Assembly (NCBI GenBank): GCA_011109175.1
Contig: RDEW01000031.1
Span: 392,527-456,526, forward strand
Direction: 5' to 3'
Source: Dicyema japonicum
Lineage: Eukaryota > Animalia > Dicyemida
Length of the DNA stretch: 64,000 bases
Part shown: one piece after another, positions 1 to 14,450 of the stretch
Position numbering within the stretch: position 1 is the first letter of the stretch
Layout of the letters: each line of letters starts with the position of its first letter
Position numbers and translations under genes: made by a program
Notes under the pieces: generated by a model
Told to the model about the DNA's origin: nothing
Seen by the model: the letters and a program-made list of their open reading frames with translations, nothing else
Database searches by the model: none

Positions 1-830
1 CAAGCCAGAAGGTGGGTCATATTCTGCGGAAGAAGCCCCATAATATCTTTAAGAAGCAACTAGACCGTATCCAGGGAGTCGACCCAATGGAGTTGATCCC
101 GAGGGAAGAATTGGAGCGTTACAAGAACTTCTTACCTATTCTCCGGATGATCTCAAAGATACCAATATGAGGATAACGACAGAGGACGTTGATTGCATCA
201 GAGCATGCAAAGCTAACGCTCCTGACATGATCATATTAGCATAGAATGTTCAAGGAAGGTCCAGAGGATTTGTTGCACGTGCTAAAGAACTTATTTAACG
301 CAAGCATTGATCATGGATATGTCCTAAGACGCTGGAAACCTCTATTGTCAGGATGATACTTAAACCAGGGAGGGACTACTTAACTATAGGCCGATCAGCC
401 TGATTTGCCCTCTATCTCCAAGATTGCTGAGAGAATTATCTTCAAGAGACTAAACGAGCACATGGAAGAGAGTTGCTTCCTCCTCGCGGAACAATGTAGC
501 TTCAGACTTTGGAAGTCCTGCACGGATTGTATCCACCACATGCATTCGATGGTACTGAGAGGACTGGAATTCAAGAGCAAGTCAACCTGTGTGTTTGGAC
601 CTGTCCAAGGCATTCGATAGCGTGCGGCATGAAGCCCTCCTATCAAGGCTAGCAGCTGCTGACATCCAAAAGAATCTCTTCACATGGATAAAGACTTCCT
701 AACAGGACGGACTTCCCGAGTACGTGTTGAGGGAAATATGTCATGAGATATCCTATTGAAGAGGGGCGTTCCACATGGCTCTGTCTTGAGCCCACTTTTT
801 GTTCAATGTTTTGTCAGACTTCCCTACTCC
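1..830 (+). mobile_element. Decayed non-LTR retrotransposon RT fragment (CR1/Jockey-like)
   Basis: Frameshifted RT motifs: RPISxLPSISKIAERII, DLSKAFDSVRH and GVPHGSVLSPLF (ORFs 405-620, 756-950). Confidence 0.75.
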
Positions 831-1103
831 GCCGGATGCGAACACCAAATTGTTAATATGATGGGTATAGAAACATACATATTAGAAAGAAAAATCAAGT
901 TTTTCACTAATCAAGTGAGGACCTTGGTAAAATGTTCCACTTACCCATAGGACCCCTTAAAATCAATTTTTATGGGATTTAAAAAAGATGACTTTTTTAC
1001 CTAAAGATGTCAAACATATTGTAAAATATCTCGTGATGTTTATTGATGAACTTATCCAAAACCTGAAAAAAATTTATCGGAGGCCATTTTGAATGGGAAC
1101 CCG

Positions 1104-1595
1104 AAATTTTGATTTTTTTATATTATGGTTAAAATGCGATTTGGAGATTATTCGGCGATATGAGTCACGTATCCTGTGACGGTAGGATCTATGAAAATTA
1201 ATGCTAATGCTTTAAGAATTCAACGCATTGTAAATGACTTCGATAATCGCGAAATTTTTTGATTATTTAAAAGCATTACCTATAATTTAGCATTTTAGAA
1301 ATTAACACAATGTTTTGTTAATAATTGTCATAAACTTGTTTTCTAAAAATTATATTATCATAAATATTCATTTAAAGTTTAGTTTAGTCAATAATCAGTA
1401 AGATAATCAATAATTTTTCTATCACTTTAACCAATACACACACGTGTGGTGCATATCGTTGATTAAAATTTAACACTATTTGGAGAATTGAAGTTTTCAA
1501 ATTTCTTCTATCTTGGGGATCTGGCCACGTGACTCATATCGTCAAATTAATCTCCAAAATCACATTTTAATGGTAATATAAAAAAATCAAAATTT
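1104..1595. repeat. About 67-bp imperfect inverted repeat pair (MITE/foldback-like)
   Basis: 1104-1170 is the approximate reverse complement of 1527-1595 around an AT-rich spacer; no clear TSD. Confidence 0.55.
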
Positions 1596-1689
1596 CGACT
1601 CTTCTTTCAAGAACCTACGTGGTCGCTTGAATTTACAGGCGATGAATTTACCTAGAACCCGTTAAAAAATACCCTTTAAACTAACTTCT

Positions 1690-2142
1690 GGTTACTGTTT
1701 GAATAAAGTGTTTCCTTTCCTTTGTAACATTCGTCCAATTGCTCTTCAACTTTAATCTATTGATGAAGGAAATCAAACATTTTCGTAAATGATAACATAC
1801 TTTTGGGCGTTTAATATTTCATCTATAAAAATGTTCACTCCTTGCGATGAAAAACTTTATTCCCATAGTCTGTAAATCATCCACCAAGATGTTTCGGGTG
1901 ATTCTCGGTTCATTGCCACAATTCTTTTCATCTTGTGAGAGAACGGCTAGATAGTTTTTGGATGCGCCAGATCTTGATTTATTTGAAACAATCCCTCGTT
2001 CTTTCAGCTGAATGTTATATTTCTCACTGAACTTTTAGGAATGCTGAATAGTTTTGAAATTTCTTTTATAACTTTTTTTATCTATGTGAGACTCCACGAC
2101 CATCTGTTTTAGCTCAATGGAATATTCTTTTCGTTTTCCCAT
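1690..2142 (-). mobile_element. Tc1-like transposase N-terminal remnant
   Basis: Minus strand reads MGKRKEYSIELKQMVVESHIDKKSYKKISKLFSIPKSSV (paired-like HTH), then frameshifts. Confidence 0.7.
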
Positions 2143-2989
2143 AAGCATATGAATTACTTAGTTCCATATGTGCCGGACTCTTATCTATCCATCTACACTA
2201 CCGTAGTTCTTGAGGTCGTCTCCCGTTTTCATTTTCTACCAAATTGGCATATCCTGATCAAACCATAAAGGAAATTCTAGTTCTCATTCACTCCACGAAA
2301 ACCCCCAGTTACATTTCGCATATAAAAAATATGCGCCAGCGAGATTTTGCTCCCTCACTTATCAACCCCCATTTAAATATCCATGATCCTTCCATTAATT
2401 TGGTAATAACTTTTCACAAACAAGCACATGGATAGCAAAAGTCCTCTAAAATAGCGTTCTCTCCATTCTGAGGACACAAGAGAGTTTAGAGTGTGTATTC
2501 TCCAAAATTGGTGTACCCACTCTCTTTTAACTTCAGCCATCGAAAACATCATTTTTCTGATAACTGAATTATGAGACTTCCATGCCTGAGTGATGGATCA
2601 ACTTGAAGGCTGTTCGATTTGAGGTGTTGGCACTCAAGTCCTGACACTCTGAGGCATATAGACGGTCCACAGAGACAACAACCACCCACCAGGACGTTTT
2701 AATAATCTTTACTAGAAATATATTGCAGGTTATGTATACCAGAGTTTCTGCATTTTGTGGATACCTTTCAATCGTCCTTATTTCCCCTCGGTGATGACTG
2801 ACAGTTGGCAAGGACATAATCAAATTAAAACATTATTGCATTATCTTCGCCATCCCTCACGCTGTACGGTATTTTGTCTCCAAGTTTATAATAGGCAGAA
2901 TCATGGTGAAATCGTTGGCTTCTGACTGCGAATCCTAATCCTGAAATCCAATACCAGTTCAATTACTGTTGTTGTAGTTGATGGCTTCG

Positions 2990-3400
2990 AGCAAACTCCT
3001 TATCTTCAATAAAATAGTTAAACTCAGTGATGATTACATCTGGGGGATGTCCAATTGTGAATGTTTTTCGATTATCCTTTTCGTTAGTCTTCTCCATCCT
3101 TTTCTGTGTCGTGCTCGTTTCCTGATTTCTTCCAGATCGTCTACATCCATCAGTCGGCCCCGATCACTCCGTAGTCCTCCGCAAGTCTCTTGGACGTCTT
3201 CTAAATGCAGGAGATACAGCATGGCCGAATAATTCTTCCATGGCGGCATTGCATGGTGTCTGTTCACCCATCCGTAGAATATTTCAAAAAAGGCGCCAGC
3301 GGACTTTAAGTACGTTCAGACTAATTGGTCCACAATCAGTCTATCTGTATAATGTATTGTTTGAGATTTTTTTGGCCAAGAGTATCCAATGTATTATTAG
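2990..3400 (-). mobile_element. RTE-like LINE 3' fragment
   Basis: C-terminus ...DDLEEIRKRARHRKGWRRLTKRI resembles the ends of the RTE-like copies at 28154 and 50700. Confidence 0.6.
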
Positions 3401-3404
3401 TTAG

Positions 3405-3900
3405 TTAAGTAACCCCAGCCTCACTAACTTGTAGGAGGCCAACAGCTATTAAGTAGGACGCAGCAGATGTTGGTCGCTCCCATAGATCGGTCAGTCCCGG
3501 CATTGTAGAGAAACGTTGTGCCAATTCATGACATTCAAATAGGTGATTTGTTGTTAGCACGTGGAGGTTGCAAAAGGGGCAGAGTATATCATATGTTGGT
3601 AGATATGGGTGGTGCCCACATCGTAGACGAGCCATATTTACTCGCACGTCCCTTGAAAGAAAGGATTCTGATTAGTCTATTGGAGGAGGGGGTCCCTGTA
3701 ATATTTTATTGTCTCCGAGTCTTCGGATGCTTCTCGTAGAAACAAAATCGTGTATCTGTTTCAGACGACTCCTGTCATTGGGGATGGAAGGAATGGATGA
3801 TAACATTCGAGACAAATCACTGGTTGTCATAATAATTTTCCTTTTGTTTTGCGGCTTGCATAGGGAGTGGCAGGGTATTATAACTATATTATTATTAAAA
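3405..3900 (-). mobile_element. Ingi/Vingi-like LINE 3' fragment with CCHC zinc knuckle
   Basis: ORF 3405-3647: ARLRCGHH...CPFC...TTNHLFEC...DLWERP. Confidence 0.65.
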
Positions 3901-4271
3901 ACTAAAAATCACCGACAAATTAAATAACTACATAGCCGTATACGTGTTTTGATGGCGGATGGCCGAAAACCACATAGCCGTCGAGTAGCCATCTCATTCT
4001 TGCTAGGTGTTCTTCCCGGGTTCCAACGCATTTCCGGATTGGGCGGGGGTTTCTAACTTTTTTGGAGGGTAGTAAGGATCCGGTTTTCCTCACTAATTCT
4101 TCAAAAAGTGTAGGGTTTAGAGGTGTCCAAGAAATATAAAATGGTATTTATAACTTTATAAAATATTCAAAAATTTTTATTAAATTTTTAATTAATTTTA
4201 AATGTTACCTTATTAAATCGTTGTGGGATTAATGCAAAAAAATCTCCGACCGATAGCTTTATATATATTGG

Positions 4272-4800
4272 TTGAAGTGGTGACGTGCTTCTGTTTTTCC
4301 CCGGAAAAATTATGTCTTTATCATGTTTACATTCAAACTCCTTGTTCACCATCGCACATACAACGTTCGAGGCCTCTCATCTTTTACCAAGAGGGAACAA
4401 CTATCTAAGATCTGTCACGTTACAAAATTGACATCTGCTGCTTACAAGAGACAAAGAATGCCCTTGGATACGAAGGAACCTTTAGAAATTACCAGATTAT
4501 TTTACTCCCATCAGACAATCGTCATGACCCCGTAATAAGAGAATTGTCGGAACAGCAGAAGGAAACACGTTCGGAACTGGGAAGTTCAAATTCGAATAAA
4601 AGTGCATTAAAGAGAAAACGTAATCAAATATCACATTTGATAAGAAAACGATCGAATGACCTCTGGCACAAATATTTGGACGATAAGGCCACTGAAATTG
4701 AAAACTGTCTGTTTTGGAAGACTAATGTTGGCGAAAATGGCGGTAAAGCATGGCCCAAGCGAAATCCTTTTAGGGCTACGCGAAGGAGCTTTTAACTAAC
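4272..4800 (+). mobile_element. RTE-like LINE 5' fragment (APE start plus linker, internally deleted)
   Basis: TYNVRGL and KIDICCLQETK motifs in shifted frames; 5' motif TTGAAGTGGTGACGTGC shared with the RTE 5' end near 30700. Confidence 0.6.
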
Positions 4801-4884
4801 TATAGCTTTATATTTCCATTCTAAAGGCACATTGAAGATCATTCAGACCCACGTGATGGTTTTCGGGCCATTAAAACACGTATA

Positions 4885-5909
4885 CAGTTTACCCTCTGTT
4901 GCTCGCCAATTCTATTGGTCGCCATTTCTATAACTCGCCATTTTTTGGAAAAAATCCAATTTTACTAAGGAAATCCATTGCTCGCCAAATTCTCTTACTC
5001 GTTTTAGTATTAGAAAATTAAAATTTATTATTAAAAAAATAATTTTTTTCATGGTGAATTGGGATATACTGCGGATGAGTTTAAAATAGAAATTGAAGAC
5101 TTTAAAAAATTATCTTCTCAAAAATAAATGAATATGCTGCCGAAAATGTTTATAATGCTGACGAAACTGGTGTGTTTTACAAGACTATTCCTTCAAAAAG
5201 TGTATGCAGGAGACGCAGATCAGGACAGAAATTACTTAAAGATCGGTTTAAAATTTTTTAGCTAATCTTCAGATTTTCATTAATGCTTTGAGCAAATATG
5301 ACTGGATCTGATAAAAGAACCCCATTGATGATCGGAAACTATAAGAAACCAAGATGTTTCAACAACATGAACGTTGATAAATATTTACAATACCACAATT
5401 CTTCAAAGGCTTGGATAAAAATGCAACTTTTCAACGAATAGTTGTATAAATGGGACATGAATCTCAAACAAAAATAAAGAAGGATACTTTTGGTTGTAGA
5501 CCATTGTCCTCATAAAAAACAATCGAATTAAGTATGATAAAAGTTTTATATTTACCAAAAAACAAGACGACTGTGCTTCAACCGATGGATCAAAGGATTA
5601 TTAGATCATTCTAATTCTATTTTAACAAATTTAAATTTAAACATATTATGTAAAAAATAAATTATAGTGAAGAAAATATTGAATATTATAAAAATTAACG
5701 CTAAAGGATGGAGTCTTATTTTCTCATCTTGCCTGGAAAAATGTGTTGTGGATAATGTTTATAGTCACTCAAATAGATTTTAAAAAATTATACAAAAATT
5801 TTTGTTTAAATAGAAGATACGATATCGATTATTTCTATTACTCGCCAAATTTTCTTAGTCGCCAATTTTTGCTTGGTCTCAAAAATGGCGAGCAATAGAG
5901 GGTAACTTA
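4885..5909 (+). mobile_element. pogo/Tigger-like DNA transposon, deleted derivative
   Basis: TIRs 4885-4908 and 5886-5907 flanked by TA; DDE_1 remnants VYNADETGVFYK and LPKNKTTVLQPMDQ. Confidence 0.85.
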
Positions 5910-5959
5910 GATGAGCTTGTATTGACTTTTCAATAGCCAAGATTGTTTTCTGTCTCCCA

Positions 5960-6700
5960 GATATAGTTTCTTCAGACTCAAATTTCCAAAGCCACACCTC
6001 AATAGCCTCTTACTGGAGCACTACCTTTTTTATAACTTGCCATGTACTGCCGGTTTATGCTCACCGAACCATAGACTTTATTCTCCCTCAGAACATGGTG
6101 GATCAATCTCAGCATACTCTAATTGTTCAGAGTGACCAATATGCCAAGATACTTAGATGCCTCATATTCACCTAACACTAAGTCGTCGTAAATGGGACCA
6201 TTAGTTGCTTATTCGACATAATTCAACTATCATGGCATGGATAGTCATTTATTTGAGGATCTGTTTTAAAAACAGAAAAAAGAGTAGCGATAAAATTCTT
6301 AGTGAAATCCTCTCTCTCAGGGTTGAACTCCCTATAGCTCTTTTTGTTGCAATGTAGTCGAAGCCATTTTCAGTTAACCATAGAAGCTGTGAACAGAGCA
6401 GACATTTAGCTTTACCGTGCAATCTTTAAGGCACTTGTGATTAATCTAATCGAATGACTTCCTAAACCCACGTTGCCTTCAACTCATCACATCGTCTATA
6501 AAGGACATACATTCAACAAGAAGAATAAAGGTAGTGAAGAGAATTCCTTGGTTCTCCCTCTGCGATTAGTTATAATAAACGTCATTTACTTAAATAAACT
6601 GTGTCCTGCCTGAGCAGAGCTACAGCTAATATGGCTCTGCGTATAAGTGCAGAGGACCTTGTTAGGATGACGACCATACGATTTATCTCCCTCCTGCATT
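5960..6700 (-). mobile_element. Highly decayed LINE RT remnant
   Basis: Degenerate QG..SP.LF / xxDD and YLG-like segments in shifting frames. Confidence 0.35.
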
Positions 6701-6723
6701 TACAGTGATGCAAGCGTTTAGAG

Positions 6724-7624
6724 CAGAGCTTTTCAAAAAATAATTCTCACGGCACATTAATCGTAAAAAATAATCCACGGCACACATTAAAAAATAAAAA
6801 AATTAATTTTTTAAGATGTGTAAAACTAAGTACAAAAATTGGTAATTTAATGCCAAAATTTTTATTAATAAAAAAATGAATTCTTAATTATTATTGTTTT
6901 TGCATATATCATCAATATCAGGTCGAATGGTTAACAAAGGCACTCGCATTTCAGCACAAATCCGACAAGAAACAGTGTTATCTGACAAAGGTATCTTCAT
7001 TATTTTTTGTTCAAATTTATGACCAAACATAGTCCGAGCAATAATACGACAAGCAGGATCAAGTTTTCGCCAATATTGTGAGGTTTTAGTTCACTTCTGA
7101 GATCAGGTATGAACATTTCAATGATTCCTTTGTGTTTAAAAAAGTTTCACTGAACATCATTTGACTAGATCTACGATTCATGGTAAAAACCAAATAATAC
7201 TTAAGTTGTTTTTTTCAAATGGATAAAATAATCCACAGATTTTTCGGAATAGTCCGGATGCTTGGAAGTAAAATGTCTCTTTAGTTTGCTAGGAACCATA
7301 GCATCACTTGCCAAAAATCCATGCAAATTAGACATTGAGGTAGTTTATTTTTATCTTTGCATATACATCCAAATGACAAATAAGAATCTTTATAAGAACG
7401 ACGAACTGATTTACCCATAAGCTCGTTGATGCGCACGTTATTAAAAAATTAATAAATAATGGTTAACCAATGTAAATGTCATTTAATGTATAATAAAAAA
7501 ATGATTATTTTAATTTTAGTAATTATTTTAATTCGTTTATCTTTTTAAATTAATTAGGTCAAAAATGTATATAAATTTATTCAAATTTGTATTTGGCAGG
7601 CGGCACACCGTTTGATAACCTCTG
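6724..7624 (-). mobile_element. hAT (Buster/Charlie-type) non-autonomous element
   Basis: 14-bp imperfect TIRs (CAGAGCTTTTCAAA / TTTGATAACCTCTG); perfect 8-bp TSD GTTTAGAG at 6716-6723 and 7625-7632; internal HNIGENLI...IPLSDNTVSCRI. Confidence 0.9.
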
Positions 7625-7849
7625 GTTTAGAGTGTAAGATATCGGGAAAAACATCGAATGATGCTACTAAGGGAAGTAACGAAGCACGTGTCTTTCTTTT
7701 TTATAATTTAAAGTTTCGAATGCTGCGGAATTGCAACAAGAAACAAAGTTCCTCTAGATTTTTTTGTATTCAAGGCTACAGTCAATTTTAGCAGAAAATT
7801 CTGTAAAGGGCAATGTTGCATATGTTGAATTAGAGAATTTATTTATTAA

Positions 7850-8130
7850 CTCCGGGATCACCGAGAAAGATAGACAAAGTAAAGTCAACTAGTTAGGTGA
7901 TCCCAGTTCCCGCAACCAAACATGTCATCCTAAGCATGTGCGTCTCCATTGTTCCCATTGTTAAAAGGAATGCCTTCTTTGATCCTTGCAGAGGAAGCCG
8001 ATTGGGAAAAGAAATTTCTTAGCCAACCGATTTTTTTTTGCGTGGAAGTGAGAGGCTTAGTGGGTGTCCATCTTCCTCGCAAATGCGGAGAAATCCGGAA
8101 CCACATCTACGAGTTGTAGATTCCGTCAGC
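7850..8130 (-). mobile_element. Ingi/Vingi-like LINE (family A) 3' end
   Basis: Homologous to 26540-26810; ends ...TGIT* followed by the terminal hairpin. Confidence 0.75.
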
Positions 8131-8689
8131 AGGGGAGGTATTTAGAGAATGAAAATGACGGTATTTCCGATGAAATGGAAATAATTATCGATGATATTGA
8201 AAATATTGATTTAATAAATTCTTAAACGTTTTTTTTATTCGATTATTTTTTGGCATGGTTATTTTCGTAAAACACCGGTAGTTCAGAAAGTGTCTAACAT
8301 TACTCCCGTTCCAGCATGTACCCAAGCAACAATTTAGTGGTGTACAGTCAGGTGACACCCACATTGGTTACTTTTAACTCAGAAAACAACAAAGACAACA
8401 AAACATTACCCATTTACGTACAGCCATCAAATGGACTGCACTTGTGGAACCGAACCCTATTTGCCTATCAAAGCCCACAAAAAGAAATCCTTGTGGGAAC
8501 CGACCCCACACCTAAATAAGACGCGAGCGACATCACCAACCACTAGTATCTGCCTATGACGTTGGCCACGTGTTTCCAATATCCCAATTTTCATTGTACC
8601 ACCTTTGATCTTTCATTAAGAATCCCATATAAATTATTGATTTTCAATACTTCAAAGAAATCAACGTTAATTAAAGGCCCAAGAGTTAA

Positions 8690-10725
8690 TTAGTTAATAT
8701 GGGAGTAGCTACCAATGTACCTCCACCTATCTCCACTCAACGTGAAATACTAAAATAACAAAGCGGACGAAACCTTTGGTTTGTACTCAATATTTTTCTC
8801 CATTCTGTGCTTTCGTTCATTCCGCTGCTTCTCCTCCAATTTGCTCTTGTAGAAAGTCGCTTGAGTGATATCGTCCTTGAAGAGGTTCTTAGTCACATCG
8901 TACCACTGTCTAATAGAGAATTAGGTCAGAGTCACCTCCGGGATTCATTTGGCTCCTGGACTTTCAGTGGTTGAACGATTTTTTTCATTACCGGAGTACT
9001 TTTGCAGTCAAAAAAAACTTGTGGTTCCTAAATTCATAACACGGTTAACCTGGTCCTTGGAGTACGAAATCATCATGACTCCGTTCCATGTCCCCTTAAT
9101 TGTGCAGAACGATGACTTATTCCCCGGCGCGAAAATCTCAGCGGTAATCTCGTTTTTAAGGTTCTTGTACATCGGCTAAAACTCATCAAAGAGGCTGACC
9201 TTGGTATGAAAGTTCACGGAGGCTGAGTAACCAGTCGTAGCCTTTAATTCCACCTTCCCTCCAAGTTCAAACCACGGGACCGTCAGTATGGATCTGCATA
9301 AGTCAGAGTTTCATGGAAACCTTGCATATCCTGAGGGAAATGAAATAGTGTATGTCTCATTATGCTCCTCTAATCTTATCTGAGTCTCCCCAATCATGTC
9401 AACTCCCACGGAAAATCCCATAAACCGCGATTTCGTCCAGATTTGTCCTTCAATCGAAAATTTTTTGTTTTTGTTTTCAGCAAAAAAGGCACTCACTAAA
9501 CATAATTGGGTTGATCACCTGGGGGATGGTGTGATACCTGTTCTACCAGGAAGGTCATGTCCCCTTCAGTAGCCCAGGGGACGGGTCCAGTCTTCGTCAA
9601 GTTCTCAGAGTCCTCCAACTTCCAGTAACACCTGAAGATTTCCCCCAAAATTGGATTGTAAGGTTTTTTGGCGATATCAGGATTTCTCCCGGCGTGGAAG
9701 CAACTTAGATAAGCTCTGACCATCTCCACCATACGATCACGTGGGTTATTAACATTTGTAATTCTACTCACAGCTTCACATTACTTAACGTATCCTACCT
9801 AGCAAAAAAATCACAGTGGGAGAAGAAATCAGCCAGCATTTCCAGAAGAGACCGCCTCTCAAGGATAAACGTGGGCAGAGTTATCTTAGTGAGGTCCATC
9901 CCGACTTTGACTTGCTTTAGGAGGTGTTTTATCACACTCTGGTTAGAAGGGGAACTTGAACTATTGGTGGCTTTGTCCACCCCATAGAGGATGTCCTCGT
10001 CCACTGCTTCATCATCAGATCTGGGTCTTATCAAGCAAAAATACTGTAAATTCACGCAGTCGACAAATTCAGAAGACTCTACCCGGGAGATGGATTGACA
10101 CGTGCTCTGATAACCTCTCAGGGTTTGATCGATGTCCGTAAAAATGACTGAGAGTTTACTGAGGTTACTCTAAGAATTCCGATGTGAGTTACCTGTAAGG
10201 AATCGACTATGAGGTTGGCGTCCCCCGGGTTTTCAATCGATGTCCTCAATTTCTTAAATTTTAATTTTTGTCTTACTAAGGTCTCCTCGTAGATGACTTC
10301 GATCAGAGATTTTCCAGATTGCACGTCATTGGAAACGATGTTGTAAATCTCAAAGGTGGATTCGACCGGCTTGACTTCTTCCAACTGGAAGATCACCTCT
10401 TCGATCTTGTTAACCCAACTCATTTTCTCGTCATTACTCTTGGCTTGGAAGTAGACGACCGAATTATCTGCCGTGGAAGTCAATGTGAAGCCACTATCTT
10501 CAACATCGTCTACTCCTACGAGGGAATCCTCGGGAATTTGCAAATAAATTTACTTTTAGTGAGAATCGTCCACGTGGGTTCTTCCTTTTAGCCTTATCTT
10601 TCGACTGAACTTATTATAACTAATACAGTAAAGTATGTTAGCTCTGATTGGTCAATGTCCAGTACAAAATATCTCTCCTGCCATCCATTCGCATCACTTG
10701 TCCATTTACTGAGGAATCCTTCCAT
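8690..10725 (-). CDS. OSBPL9: Oxysterol-binding protein-related protein 9 (PH + ORD domains), at least 10 introns of 22-35 nt
   Basis: Spliced product MEGFLSKWT...WQERYFVLD (PH domain), [37 protein letters not shown] and EQVSHHPP; frame restored by removing GT-AG introns of 22,25,23,35,23,27,24,22,26,24 nt. Confidence 0.95.
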
Positions 10726-11671
10726 TGCAGAAAAAACAATAAAAATTGATTTCTAAAATGATTTTGATTTTATTGTTAAAATTATTTATTCAAATTAAAT
10801 ATTTTTATAAAATATTAATTTATTTTAAGATTTTTTATGAAAATTAATTTTCAATTTGATATGCGGTTTATTTTTTATTTTTTAACAAAATTATTTTTAT
10901 TTTGTGGTTTCGTGGATTATATCTTTTTTTGGAAATCATAAAATTAGATTATTCGAGAGGTAAAAAGGAATACGATTTCTATGGTGAAGTCAACGTGGCA
11001 AAATCAGTCACTGAGACAACAATAGCAATGTACCACGTGGATCAGTGATCTCTCTTTGAAGCTATTTTCTATGCTAAATTGTCGTAATTGTGGTTTTGTG
11101 AACAAAGGACAGTTATTCAGAAAATTTTAATTATTCTTGGATTAATTAAATTACTCCCCAAATCCTCTCCCTCTCAGAGAGCCCCTAGTATCTCCCGTAG
11201 ACTATGTTTCCATTACATATTATTTATCTAGTGTCTGACACCTTGCTTAGTCCATCAAATGGAATCAATATTTTATTCAATCATCGATATTGACTGATTA
11301 TTAAGAATAGGCCGAGAATGCTGAATGTTTTAACTGGATTTCATCGGGGATCATCAAGGTTGAACGGGGGTCTGTCAGTGGGATGGTGTATTTAAGAATT
11401 TGATGTACTCTAAGTGTGTAATTTTCAAAATTTGTTTAAATTGATTTTTGTGGGATCAATTAGCATGCAATAATTTTAATTGATTGAACTCATTAGGGGG
11501 ATATACGATTATTGGGGAGTTCATATATCAAAATAATCATGGTTGATCAATTGAGTCTCTCAGGGACATTTTATCTATATTGGAATTATCTGGATTTGAT
11601 ACTGGATACTGCGTGCATCCGAAAAGTCGGGTTACTGATGTCTCCCGAATCCATCACCTCGTCTATGTTTG

Positions 11672-12105
11672 GCCTTCTGGCTGAATGTAACGTCTGATGA
11701 CATCGGATCTGAAGGTCGTGGGTTCAAATCCATAAGATGGAGTTTTCAGCGAAGGTCAATTCTTGTCAAACAGATCTCACCCGTGAGGCGACGAGTCCTT
11801 CTGGCACGACACAGTTGTTAAAAGGGATCTTCCTACCTTTCTCCCTGACCAAACCCTCTGATGAAGATTGCATTATAAGAAAACTATTCCGCTAAAGAAT
11901 GAAGTGACGTGGGTCAAAAATGGAAGAGGGCGGACCTACTTCTCCACCTCCCTTCGGAAGCGGAAGCCTGTAATGAAGTATTGGAAGATGGATTTGGTCG
12001 GCACAAGCAGATGTTTTCCCTTTGGTTCCTTCCTTGGATTAGTTAGTTATGACTGTTTGTGCTGGGCTTACAATGGTAAGCCTGGGTTAATAATAATAAT
12101 ATGTT
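11672..12105 (+). mobile_element. tRNA-derived SINE family 2, copy 1
   Basis: A box TGGCTGAATG, B box GGGTTCAAATCC; body homologous to 16060-16375 and 41430-41790; 3' hairpin and (TAA)n tail. Confidence 0.65.
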
Positions 12106-12442
12106 GACGAGAAAAGAGACATCATAAAACCAAGCAGACATTCCGTGCAATATAGGTACCACGTCAACCAATTAACCACTTGGAGTGGGTTTAACTAATT
12201 ATATTTTTACTATCAGTTCACAAATGTCCTAAAAATTAAGAAAACATAAGGGACGCCTGTTTCGAGCTCGTTTCAGTAGTAATTTATTATTTAAAACCCC
12301 AAGATCACCAAGAAAGTTTAAAGCCACTAATTAGATGAACCCAGCTTCCAATAGCTTCGAACTCTCTTGAATTCCGCCTGCGACCCAGCTGGCCTCTGGA
12401 AGCGCATTCTTCCGATCGACCATAAAGGAGGGCTAAATTTAA

Positions 12443-12660
12443 TTAATTTTTTAACCCCGGATACACCGAGAAAGAAGTTATAAGTAAACAACTAGTTAAG
12501 TGTATCCAGTTTCCACCGCTATAGAAACAGAGTCCATCCGGAACCAGCATAAAAGGTAAAAGACGTCTATTACATACAGTTGTGAAACCCCTCCAGTCTA
12601 GTAAGGGAGAGCAAATGATCCTTTGTCGTGCCAGTCTGACACTGGGCGCCACCTGACACA
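12443..12660 (-). mobile_element. Ingi/Vingi-like LINE 3' end (diverged family A)
   Basis: Terminal hairpin GGATACAC/GTGTATCC followed by GGGGTT and A-rich tail. Confidence 0.6.
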
Positions 12661-12719
12661 GATGGATCGCATGACGTTATTCTAGTAAGAAAAGAAAGAG
12701 GAGAAACATACAAAACAAA

Positions 12720-14450
12720 CAGAAAACTTATCTAATGTCTGGTCGAGGAAGATGCTCTATGATGACTCGAGAGATAAAATATTTTCATTGGGTCTCTACA
12801 GGAGATGAAGATTGCCTGCAATCTTAGCGGGAATTATGGAAAATATCGATTGATATGTCTAACCTAATGAATCAAAGCATTATAGACTCGGAGACCTTAT
12901 TCATTCAGTTCTGAAATCTGACATCCACCATATGTGGCGTCTGAAAGACTGGATTGGTGTACTTCAAATGCTTCTTAACTGCCACTGCCATTCCTAAAGT
13001 CTCATGACAAATATGAATGAGCATGCGCCATATTGGGAGAGTGGGGAGAAAGATGGAGGTTTGTTCCCATGTATAACCAGATTGACTACATGTGTCGGGT
13101 TAAAGACAAGCGCTCTCTCTTAAATTCACGTTCGTATGAGGGTCGACAACTGTCACAGGAAGGTAATTGAGACATTTTACCTAAGGAAACAAAGCTGCTT
13201 ACCGAACAGAGACAGCAGAAAGGTACCAGGAGTACATTGAGACTCATCTACCGGAAGTATCATCGGATGTCTCACTAAATGATTCCTGAGACAAAGAACA
13301 CTATAAATGAAGCAGTTGGGAGATAACTTGGCACAAGAGTAGTATATGCATGATTACATCAGGACAAGTTGATTTTATCGCGACTTATTTTGAAAAGCTT
13401 TATACGTTAATACCGTGGTAATACCTGCATTTGATGGAATGCTGAGACCTTTAGAAAGGTTAATTATTCCCAAAGAGGTCAAAATGACTTGTCGTAAATT
13501 CACGTACAGGTCTGCCTGTACGTCATCACAGCAGTGCTACTAAATTGAATGTTCTCCGCCAACTGCACTTTACCTTTGGGACAGGATTATTAACTCTGGA
13601 TAAGTTCTGGCACATATTGTGCTGGAACTAATAAAAGGACCGTCTTACAGACACTTACCAAAAGCTGAAGTGGATTTCGTGAAAGGGAGTCAACAGCCGA
13701 TGCTGTCTGAAGTCACATATGGAGGTGTGCAAAGCATCAAAGATACAATAACCATCAATATTCTGGGGATAGAACTTTAACGGTTAACAGGCATACACTA
13801 ATGGGGTACTTGAACAATTTCTGGTGATTCAAGCCTAAAATGATCTGAATTTTACTCTCAATTAAATAACTCTTTTTTGAGAGTCAGAAATACCTACTCA
13901 AGAAAATTTAAAACAAACCCGAGTATCCTCAAGGAGACTCTCTACCTTCTACTATACATGATATATTTGGTAGCAGCTATGAGGGAACTCAGACCGCTAT
14001 ACCAAGAGGGAATAGAAGATTAATCTATGCAGACGATGTCGAACTAATTTCCGATGACAGAGTGCTCTTGCAACATTTATTAGAAAAACACCTGATTTAG
14101 TTGGGGATAATTCCTATCTGTAAACAGAGACAAAAAAGAATTCACAGAAATAAAAGAATGAGTAACCTCAAAAGGGGTAGTGGAGAGGCTAGACTCTTCA
14201 TGGGGACAATGCGGATGCAAGCCAGTAAGCCTGAGATAATTGAGTCTCACTAAAGACTATTCGGGCATATCCTGAGGATGGAGTTGGCATCCTCGCCGAA
14301 CAGAGATATGGAAAGCTACTATATCTGTCGATAAATTCGTTTTTTGTGGAAGGTCGAAGATAATTTTACCGCTCGTTTGCGTCTTTCCATCCTTCTTCCA
14401 ATTTAACTAAAACAGATAAAATATCTTATTGCACAAATTCAAAGGATTGG
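12720..14450 (+). mobile_element. Decayed RTE-like LINE (APE-RT)
   Basis: IDYMCRVKDKRSLLNSRSY, PQGDSL, IYADDVEL and LFGHILRM remnants among many stops. Confidence 0.8.
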